DNA from: Chiloscyllium plagiosum
Taxonomy: Eukaryota
Assembly (NCBI RefSeq): GCF_004010195.1
Contig: NC_057718.1
Location: forward strand, 52,959,240-52,979,239
Reading direction: 5' to 3'
Length of the DNA: 20,000 nt
In this document: piece by piece, positions 11,111-20,000 of the stretch
Position numbering within the stretch: position 1 is the stretch's first letter
Layout of the letters: every line of letters begins with the position of its first letter
Translations under genes and position numbers: made by a program
Notes under the pieces: model-generated
Seen by the model: the letters and a program-made list of their open reading frames with translations, nothing else
The model's database searches: none
What the model was told of the DNA's origin: nothing

Positions 11111-12339
11111 TCAAGTACAAATTTTTTTAGCATTGTTTTCTTTCACAAACTTTTAGCTTCGTTTAATTGGTCGTGTAAAAGCTGTCTGCATTCATCAAAC
11201 AACCAATGATAATAAATCAGTGTATAACTGCTGGAATCTTTGATTTTGCAATGACTAAATGTAAATTCGTAACAAGATGATCAATGAACAGATTAGCATT
11301 TATAATATTGCAAATGTGGACACGCACTGCTAAATTATGCACTTGATAAAAAATTACTGTGATTATTATACCCTCATTATAGTCCTGAAATTACTCTAAT
11401 TATCTAAATTGTTCACTCTGTAGGTAAGTCGCCTATTTTCTGCTCATTATGATTAGAATGACAGCATAACTGAATGAATACTGCTAGCATCAAATATCTT
11501 GAATCAACCACTTTAGTTCAAGCATAACAGAGGTGAGCTTCACTGCATCACCCTATTTACATTATATTTAACCTGCTATACATTTACCTCATTCTGAAAG
11601 TAGTTCTGATGTCAATGTGACACTGTCCAATTGACAGAGAATCTATCCTTTTTGAGTGAGACAGGAACTTTAATAAAAGCTGTTGCCTGTTATTGAATTC
11701 TGCTGGGAACTGTGCCAAACTTGTCCACACTTATTTTACACGTAGCTATTAAAATCAGGAGTGAGAATAAATTACAACTCCACACATCTTGTGTCAGATT
11801 CCATCTCCAGTGAGGAAAAGGGTCAACTTTAACAGTTACTGCCACTGGTTAATGAGCAATCTTGCACTTCACTTGGTCCACTAATTTCAGTTGAAATAAA
11901 ATCAGGTAGTATAAATAAATGTTTGACTCACTGCACACCCAATCTAAGCCAAATGACTGGTCCATTGCCACACAAGGCCTTTCTCTCCTCCTGCTCAGTG
12001 GTGATGTGATGCCAACTGGGCGCTCTACATTCTATTCCAGTTTGTAGCCCCACTATATTAAGTGTGTCTGTGCGGGTGGATGGAGTGGAACTAGCATGCA
12101 ACCATATTTGCCCTGGGAATTCTCAACCTACTGAGGAAGCCCTTTACATGGCTGCAGGCATTGGGAGACACTAGACCTAAAAGGTACATTTGCGATTTCA
12201 GACAATCCAGAAGTGCACCAGCACAGCCGAGTGGATAGATGAAAGTTTGTTTTGAGTAAGAGTCTCCTCCAAGCCCTTCCCTAAGAATAGAGCTGGTATG
12301 TGATGCCACCTCTCTAGGCTTCTGCCATGATGGTACCCA

Positions 12340-12870
12340 TGCTACCTCCATTGCCAAGATTTGGTGCAGTTTTGGCTCTCTGCCTCTTGTGTGTAATAAC
12401 TTCTGGCTATTGTGTATTCACCTCTCCTGCAGCATTCTGTTCTCCTTGAACTCTCCAATTCATGACATTGACATGAAACGTGTAGCTCTTTGGTGCTGCT
12501 CCATTTTTATTTTCACCCATGTATTGCCTTGGCTAACATGTCAGTGATTAGATTGTCTTGATGACATCAGGGAACACCGTGGGCACACAGTTTGCTAAGA
12601 TTGTGCGACTGATGGTGTGCACAGGGTTGGACCCTGTCATCCAAGTGCCAAATGACGTTCCCAGATCTTATGAGGTCATTGAAATGTTCACTGGACTGCA
12701 CCAATGTCCCTTTGATCCTGCCATGAGTGATCACCTCCTCCGTCACTTCCAGATGTGACCTTTAGACTCCTTAGGGATGTTTCTCAGCCAGAGACTAAGA
12801 ACATCTGCAGTATCTTGGCCACAATCTCAGAGAGGACATCCAGAAAGATAGACAATATATGGGGCCACCT
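12340..12870 (-). pseudogene. Fossil Myb/SANT-like (trihelix) DNA-binding gene of a PIF/Harbinger transposon, two exons
   Basis: Minus-strand translation: FLDVLSEIVAK (~12846-12814), HLEVTEEVITHGRIKGTLVQSSEHFNDLIRSG (12755-12660), then after a cag acceptor ER*IHNSQKLLHTRGREP (from 12426). Fits the pattern W.EVA..V......RT..QC.K.FNDL...K / EK..HN.....TGGG.P. Contains stops and frameshifts. Confidence 0.65.
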
Positions 12871-13377
12871 GTGCTGTCTGACCCTGGCAGTGCCAGTCCA
12901 ACCCATTCTTCACTGTTATTAGCATGCTGAGTCATGGTTGCTGTCTGTATATTCAAAGGGCCCTTAGTGACTGCGATTGCCATCAGAATGCTTTCTGTGC
13001 TACCAATTGGGACCCAAAAATGCAACTGAATCAATTTGCTTTTCCATTAGAAAACTGAGTCATGCTGATTCAGCACACTGTCTGATTCTGGCATTGACCT
13101 GGTAGCCACTTCAGCTGACCCTGAATTGAAAATCTTCACTCAGAACTGTAAGGTTAGAATCATCCAATTATAAATCCCTGCTTGGCAGAATGTTGTGCAG
13201 AAAGAATGCTTGAATCTTTATCGGTGTGCCATAAAACAGTGACCCCAGATGTTAAAGATGAAAATTCACCTGTTGCTTAGTTTATGTCGATATAATGATA
13301 TTGTTGGTCTCACTAGGTAGCCATTTATTTTTAGTTCATTTTTCTGCAAGCTTATTTATGAACAAACAGTTGGGGGT

Positions 13378-13540
13378 AGAAGTCCCACTCTAGGGAATAG
13401 TACACAGAATGTAGATTGGTGCTGCAGTTCTGTACTGAGGGAATACTGCGCTGTTGGATGTACTGTCTGTTGGATGGTATGGTAAACCGATCACTGCTGC
13501 AATCTCGGCTTCATATTAAATACACTCCATGGGTATTTGA
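13378..13540 (+). mobile_element. SacSINE1/AmnSINE-like Deu-SINE fragment (B-box end plus Deu domain)
   Basis: aagtcccactc...gtactgagggaatactgcgctgttggatgtactgtctgttggatg...taaaccga...ccatgg matches the recalled Deu-domain consensus. Confidence 0.65.
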
Positions 13541-14330
13541 GACATCCTTGTGAGTGGTGCCATGTCTTGATTTTAATAAAAGCTCAGATTAGTAATTGTG
13601 CTGCAGACTAAGGTTCAGGGAATGTTCTTGAGGCATATGGCAGTGTGTGACCGGGTAAGAGTTCTGTCTGCTCTTTTGGTCAGTCACACTCCCAAAAATG
13701 AGGTAATGTAAGTGTTTAATGTACTTGCCTGCTGACGGGGCTGAAGTCAGAGTCACACCCTATTGCTCCAGGGGACTTATGGGGCTGCAGATAGAAAAGA
13801 GAAGTAAAAAAAAATCCCCAGCAGGGAAAAAAGGGGCAGAAATTTTAAAATAACCAGTCTCTTTGGGATCAATTACCTTGTGTTTTTTTTCATTCTATGG
13901 GGACCTCTAAAGTCCCAAATGCAATTCAGATCTGCAAGTGACAGGTGTTGGATCCACATGATCTAGCTGCGGTGATCTGAATGGAATTTTGGGGTCGCCT
14001 CTCACAAACATAGCCTCAGGATCAACCCAGCGTGTGAGATGCTGTATGAGTATCCATCTGTCTATCTGATCCCTACATGTGGAATGTACAGGATTGAAGA
14101 CCAACAACACCAGCTTGTGTTGGTATCATCTTCCCCAAACATCCTGCACCCGCACACCCCCCACCCTAGAATTAGGCCAGAATTCTATTTCTTAATCAAA
14201 ACGCTTACCCATGATTATTTAAAATCACTTTTTTGTGATAATATCTTAAAGGCTTACTTCACTGGTGGTAAACCTCACCTTCTGCTATTTTCATAGAGTT
14301 AATAATCCATCAAAATACATGCTAACTAAA

Positions 14331-14480
14331 ACACAGTTTGTCGAGGTTATGTGATTGATGTCAGGTACAGAGTTGGAGCCTGTCACCCCAGATGCTAAAT
14401 GACATTTACCTTTTGAGGTCGTTGAAATGGTCACTGGACTGCACCCATGTTCCTTTGGTGCTGCCATGACTGATCACCTC
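14331..14480 (-). mobile_element. Second fragment of the same Harbinger-type Myb/SANT element
   Basis: Diverged direct repeat of 12585-12737. Minus strand reads EVISHGSTKGTWVQSSDHFNDLK followed by AG|gtaaat. Confidence 0.7.
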
Positions 14481-15246
14481 AGTGGAGACAAGAATTTAAT
14501 GTGAGTGTGTTGATTGGAATTTGCCAGCACTCTAAGGGTCCCACTACAGGGTGCAAATACAGATGCCATGCCCAGCTTGATGATTTCTGCAATGGTGGAC
14601 TATAAAGGCGACAACAGAATTGTCGCATTGCTATCTCTAGAAACTGCCAATTCAATCAACTTTCACAGTTGCTAAGGTGCAAGGAGAAACACCAGTCTGA
14701 CATGCTCACTGAATCACACCTTACAGACAATATCCCAAATACCAAATGTTCTGTCCTTCCTCACAGGACAAAATCACGACAGCTGGCAGCACAGTAGTAT
14801 CATGAAGGGAGGGAACTGCTGCGTGAGTTTGCAACACTGATTCTGAATCCTGTGAAGTCACATGACATTAACAAGCAGACCTAGAAACAGAGAGACCACG
14901 CCCCAAATCCTGGTCACTGAGGAAGAGGAGGTGACCAGGGATGAATTAAGGAGTTGGTTTGAACTAAAACTAACTTTGCATTCACCTCTGAGCTGGCCTC
15001 AGTAGAATACATGTTATTAGAACCCACGCTGATTTAAAACCTCCCATGAGCAGCTATTGAAACCTCATAGAATGGAAAACTAAGGTATAAGTTTTATTGC
15101 CTTTAACTGAGTTAATTGTAAAGGTGACCCTGATTGATATCTTCAGAAAGTCAACTAAGAAACCATTACCTATGCCTGTGGAACGACACATCATGAAAGC
15201 CAGTTCAGTAATTTGACCAGTTTTGTTATCTTATGTATCCCTTAAC

Positions 15247-16672
15247 TGATTTGATTTAATTGATTTATTTGTTTTGATTTATTTGATTTATTTATTGTCA
15301 CATGTACCTTGTTACAAAATACAGTGAAGACTGTCGAATAGTGTTGCCACTCTCGGGCGCCATTGTAAAACACAGAAAAATAAATCAAAACATAGAACAT
15401 AAAGGCAGAAAAATGAAGAAATAAAGGAATTGTTCAACTTTACAGTCCATCTTGTTAAATGTTCCATCTTAGGCCACAGGCTTGGTAGCCAGGCCCAAGT
15501 GTCCTTTGCTGCCGCTGCTGCTGCCAGAATAAAAGTCATCAACCTTCGGCAACATCATACCCCAGCGTCCTAACCGGTGTCATCTTAGTTACACACTTTA
15601 TTACAAAACTGGAATAAAAAGATCAGCGGAAATAAAAGAAACAAGGCCAAAAGAAATGAGAAATGTCCAGGTATTAAAGTTTTATTTTAGTCTTATCTCC
15701 ATGCAGGCAGCCAGGCCAAGCCAAAGTCTGGTGCCTCGGGAGAAGATGAATGCTCACCACTGCTGATGCTACTGCCTCCGAGCTCCTCCTACTACCGCCA
15801 CTATCAATACTTTAACTACTGGTGCTGCAACCGCATCCTGAAATATGCTCAGGCAGGGCCCACTCGCAGTCTTCAAATGCCAGGTCCAGGAACATGCTCA
15901 GACAGGGCCCGCTCACAGCTTCCATCGCCTGGAACATGCTCAGACAGGGCCCGCTCACAGCCTCCAATCGCCTGGAATATGCTCAGACAGGGCCCGTTCA
16001 CAGCCTCCAATCACCTGGAACATGCTCAGACAGGGCCGGCTCACAGCCTCCAATCGCCTGGAACATGCTCAGACAGGGCCCGCTCACAGCCTCCGATCGC
16101 CTGGAACATGCTCAGACAGGGCCGGCTCACAGCCTCCAATCGCCTGGAACATGCTCAGACAGGGCCCGTTCACAGCCTCCAATCGCCTGGAACATGCTCA
16201 GACAGGGCCCGCTCACAGCCTCCGATCGCCTGGAACATGCTCAGACAGGGCCGGCTCACAGCCTCCAATCGCCTGGAACATGCTCAGACAGGGCCCGCTC
16301 ACAGCCTCCAATCGCCTGGATCATGCTCAGACAGGGCCCGTTCACAGCCTCCGATCACCTGGAACATGCTCAGACAGGGCCCGCTCACAGCCTCCAATCG
16401 CCTGGATCATGCTCAGACAGGGCCCGTTCACAGCCTCCGATCACCTGGAACATGCTCAGACAGGGCCCGCTCACAGCCTCCAATCGCCGGATGCTGGAAC
16501 ATGTTCGGGCAGGGCACGCCACCAATGCCTTGCTGAAGCAGAAGACTTGAAACAAAAGGGAAAAGAAAGAACAAGCCAAAGTGAAAAGAAAGGCAATAAA
16601 AGAAATAAAAGGAGATGGAAGCAAATGAGTTCAGGAGTCTGGACGCAGTGCTGTTACTCCACCACCATATTG
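15247..16672 (-). mobile_element. Non-autonomous retroposon-like element with L2-type 3' tail and internal minisatellite
   Basis: Minus-strand 3' end ttcactgta...ggtacatgtgacaataaataaatcaaat plus (aaatc/aaat)n tail (15247-15328). Putative 5' end caatatggtggtggagta (16672), like the aagatggcggcgg starts of many retroposons. No RT coding; no TSD found. Confidence 0.55.
15837..16522. repeat. 43-bp GC-rich minisatellite, ~16 copies
   Basis: Consensus cctggaacatgctcagacagggcccgctcacagcctccaatcg. Units start at 15886 (42 bp), 15928, 15971, 16014, 16057, 16100, 16143, 16186, 16229, 16272, 16315, 16358, 16401 and 16444, with degenerate end copies at 15837 and ~16493. Confidence 0.98.
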
Positions 16673-16838
16673 TTCCACTGTGCTTATTTGCATGCTTGTG
16701 CAAATGGGCCTGAAAGAAAGGTTTGGGTTTTGTAGCATAGATCAATTAGATAATGTTTTTACTCTAAGGTTTGCTCTTCTAAAGTTACCCTATTGTTAGG
16801 CTGCATTTGATGACACTGACACCACACAGCACTTTGAA

Positions 16839-17500
16839 TTAGAGTCATACAGATGTACAGCACGGAAACAGAACCTTTGATCCAACGTGTCCATGCTGAC
16901 CAGATATCCTAAATTAATCTAGTCCCATTTGCCAGCACTTAGCCCATATCCCTCTAAACTCTTCCTGTTCAAATACCCATCCAGATGTCTTCTAAATGTT
17001 GTAATTTTACCAGCCTCCACCACTCCCTCTGGCAGCACATTCCATCCATGCACACCATTTGCATGAAAAAGTTGCCCATTAGGTCCCTTTTATATCTTTC
17101 CCCTCTCACCCTAAACCTATGCCCTCTAGTTCTGGACTCTCCTATCCCTGGAAAAAGACTTTGTCTATTTATCCAATCCATACCCCTCATGATTTTATAA
17201 ACCTCTATAAGGTCGTCCTCAGCCTTCGATGTTCCAGGGAAAACAGCCCCACCCTATTAAGCCTCTGCCTATAGCTCAAATCCTCCAACCCTGGCAACAT
17301 CATTGTAAATATTTTCTGAACCTTTTCAAGTTTCACAACACCATTCCGGTAGGAAGGAGACCAGAATTACACACACTATTTCAAAAGTGGCTTAACCAAT
17401 GGCCTGTACAGCCGCAACATGACCTCCCAACTTCTACACTCAATGTTCTGACCAATAAAGGAAGGCATACAAACTCCTTTGTCACTGTCCTATCTATCTG
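16839..17500 (-). mobile_element. 5'-truncated CR1-clade LINE (HER1-like), ORF2 C-terminus and 3' UTR
   Basis: ORF 16969-17190 (MRGMDWINRQSLFPGIGESRTRGHRFRVRGERYKRDL..NFF) is a typical CR1 ORF2 C-terminus and is homologous to 19680-19868. Its tail ctgtttccgtgctgta..tatgactcta resembles the HE1-like SINE tail. Confidence 0.93.
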
Positions 17501-17705
17501 TTTCGGGGTGATCTGATCAGAGTTTGCGGTAAAGGAATGGGAATATCGGGACTGAGGTGGGAATCAGAACTGGGGGGTGCTAGATTGGGACAGAGATGGA
17601 GATGTTGGACTGAGAGGGGTGTTGATTTGACTGAGGGGTGGTGGGGAGATTGTGATCTGAGAGACAACTAGGGTAAGAGGAAGGTGGGGCTGATTAGGAG
17701 GACCT
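17501..17705 (+). repeat. G-rich low-complexity tract
   Basis: Loose repeats of gggactgag/ggactgagagggg/gactgaggggtgg. Confidence 0.45.
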
Positions 17706-18204
17706 CGTTATTAAGGATTCCCACTTGCCCCTATCCCGTCTCCAGCATCCCTCTTCCCACCACTGAGACCCACGCAAGTGTAATAATGTATATACACATG
17801 ACATTGCACTTTAAGTCTATGCGATGACAGCAGTGCTTGGAACTATGCGTTTTCAATGAACAGTTGTCTCTTGTTGTCACTAACAGTTAACACTGCTTTA
17901 TTGTTAAAATAATATAACTCTTGTGTTTAACATAGAAACCAGTGACTAGGATTGATTATTGAATAGTCTGATTAGGAACCACTGGGCATGATTTTGAGAA
18001 TCTTTGAAGGGTTCAGTTCTACTGTGTTGTAAATGTTGTGGTGAAAAGGCTATCTGTCTCCATGTCATACCAACGTGAATGTGAGGGTTGAAAATGAGTT
18101 GCCTTTCAGCCTGGATTCCCAGCTGTCTGTGCATCCTTGCATGCACTTAATTGTGTCTACTTCCCTCCATTTTCAGGATACTCAAGCCGACCTACACTTG
18201 CATT

Positions 18205-18383
18205 TCCTTTCTCACATGCTCATGCACTCTCACTCACACCCACACACAGACAATCTGTCTCTCACTTGTGCCCTAACATAACCACACTCTCTCTCTCTCT
18301 CTTATACACACTAGCACTCTTTCACACCCACTTACTCTCTCACAGTAACACTTCACTCTCATAGCACACCATCGAGAGAGAGA
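18205..18383. repeat. Degenerate (CA)n/(CT)n microsatellite tract
   Basis: ctcacactcacacccacacacag, ctctctctctctctc, gagagagaga. Confidence 0.75.
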
Positions 18384-18802
18384 TAAGGTCCAGATGGGCA
18401 CATCCAAGGCCACACATCATTTAGGTGTAATTCTTTTTGGATTTCAATTTTATATGGATTTGAAAATATTTGCATAAGAGTTCAAAAGTTCAAATAAAAA
18501 TGTCACTTAGAAATAAGTTAACTAATTGAACTAGAAATCCAAGAGCATTTCATGCAAATAGCAACGATATTAAATTTCAGTCATCAAATAGATAAATAAT
18601 AAGGTTGAAACAGGAAGAAGTGAAAGAGTAATGGTCCAGTGATAATAGGTCCACACATTACATGTAATCTATTGTGCAGAGATAAAACTGAAACAGTGGC
18701 AATACTAATATAATAAATCAGAAGCAATTGTACAGGAAGGAAATAAGAAACTTAAAAAAGTCATTGGTCTTAAATCCATCTTCTTTCTATCAAATCTGTG
18801 TG

Positions 18803-19868
18803 AACTTGATCCAGTTTTTTGAAGAAGTAAAAAGAGGATTGATGAGGGCAGGGTGGTGGACGTGATCTATATGGACTTCAGTAAGGCTTTTGACAAGGTT
18901 CCTCAAGGAATACTGGTTAGCAAGGTTAGATCGCATGGAATACAGGAAGAACTAGCCACTTGGGTACAGAACTGGCTCGAAGGTAGAAAACAAAGGTGGA
19001 GGATTGGCTTTTCAGACTGAAGGCCTGTGACCAGTGGAGCGCTACAAGGGTCGGTGCTGGGTCCACTGCTTTCTTTATTTTTATAAATAATTTGGATGTG
19101 AACATAGATGGTATGGTTAATCAATTTGTAGGTGACACCAAAATTGGTGGTGTAATGGATAGCAAAGAAGGTAACCTTTAGAGTACAATGGGATCTTGAA
19201 GAGATGGACCAATGGGCTGAGGAGTGGCAGATGGAGTTTAGTTTAGATAAATGTGAAATACTTCATTTTGGAAAGGCAGATCAGGGCAGGACTTATGCAC
19301 ATAATAGTAAGGTCCTGAGGAGTGTTGCTGTAAAAAGAGACCTTGGGATCATAGTTCTATGAAAGTAGAGTCTCAGGTAGACAGATTAGTGAAGCAGGCA
19401 TTTGGTATGCTTGCCTTGATTGGTCAGAATATTGAGTATAGGAGTTGGGAGGTCTGTTGCGGCTATCCAGGACATTAGTAGGCCATGTTTGGAATATTGT
19501 GTGCTATTCTGGTTGCCTTCCTATAAGAAGGACATTGTGAAATTTGAAAGGGTTCAGAAAAGATTTACAAGGATGTTTCCAGGGTTGGAGACTTTGAGCT
19601 ATAGGGAGAGATTGAATAGACTAGGGCTGTTTTCCCTGGAGCTTTAGAGGCTGAGGGATGATCTGATAGAGGTTTATAAAATCATGAGGGGCATGGATAA
19701 GATAAATAGACAAGGTCTTTTCCTGGGGTGAGGAGTCCAGAACTAGAGGGCAAAGGTTTAAGTGAGAGAATAAAGATTTAAAAGACACCTAAGGGGCAAC
19801 TTTTTCATACAGAGGGTGGTGCGTAAATGGAATGAGCTGCCAGAGGAAGTGGTGGAGGCTGGTACAAT
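18803..19868 (+). mobile_element. 5'-truncated CR1-clade LINE, RT domain and ORF2 C-terminus, interrupted at 19869
   Basis: VDVIYMDFSKAFDKVP (18856-18903), QGSVLGPL (19045), FVGDTKIGG (19125), RPCLEYCVLFWLPSYKKDI..ERVQKRFTRM..LSYRERLNRLGLFSLE. Frameshifts and stops present. Confidence 0.95.
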
Positions 19869-20000
19869 CATGATTTGGAGATGCCGGTGTTGGACTGGGG
19901 TGTACAAAGTTAAAAATCACACAACACCAGGTTATAGTCCAACAGGTTTAATTGGAAGCACCCTAGCTTTCGGAGCGTCGCTCCTTCATCAGGTGATTGT
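19869..20000 (-). mobile_element. Penelope-like element terminal repeat inserted into the CR1 LINE (runs off the window)
   Basis: LINE similarity stops after ggctggtacaat. Minus strand reads cacCTGATGAaggagcgacgctccGAAAgctagggtgcttccaATTAAAcctgttggactataacctgg... Confidence 0.75.
19958..19996 (-). ncRNA. Minimal type I hammerhead ribozyme motif
   Basis: CUGAUGA (19992-19986), A, perfect stem II GGAGC-gac-GCUCC, GAAA (19971-19968), palindromic AGCU stem III and a putative CUA cleavage triplet. Confidence 0.7.

Noticed and set aside
12925..12935. TGCTGAGTCAT NF-E2/ARE-like site, with another TGAGTCA near 13056
   Set aside because: Short motifs next to a transposon fossil with no independent support.
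15837..16522. CRISPR-like array
   Set aside because: Head-to-tail repeats with no unique spacers, no cas genes and a vertebrate context.
15766..16735. Three long overlapping ORFs (256, 242 and 296 aa)
   Set aside because: Artefact of a stop-free 43-bp unit: all three frames cycle through the same peptides. There is no evidence of translation.
17501..17705. G-quadruplex regulatory element
   Set aside because: Irregular low-complexity G-runs; nothing indicates function.

Overview
Vertebrate (most likely shark, inferred from the repeat families) intronic or intergenic DNA dominated by transposon remnants. No intact protein-coding gene is supported. It holds three decayed CR1-clade LINE pieces (3240-6248 +, 16839-17500 -, 18803-19868 +), HE1-like, tRNA-derived and Deu-type SINE fragments, and two Penelope-like element pieces with minimal hammerhead-ribozyme cores. 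One of these is a ~210-bp palindrome flanked by a target-site-like duplication. There are also two fossils of an intron-split PIF/Harbinger-type Myb/SANT gene and a possible solo LTR. The most unusual structure is a ~1.4-kb minus-strand element with an L2-like tail enclosing ~16 copies of a 43-bp minisatellite, most units of which carry a p53-response-element-like 20-mer. Two possible minus-strand exons are weakly supported. Family names come from recalled consensus motifs, not from database searches.
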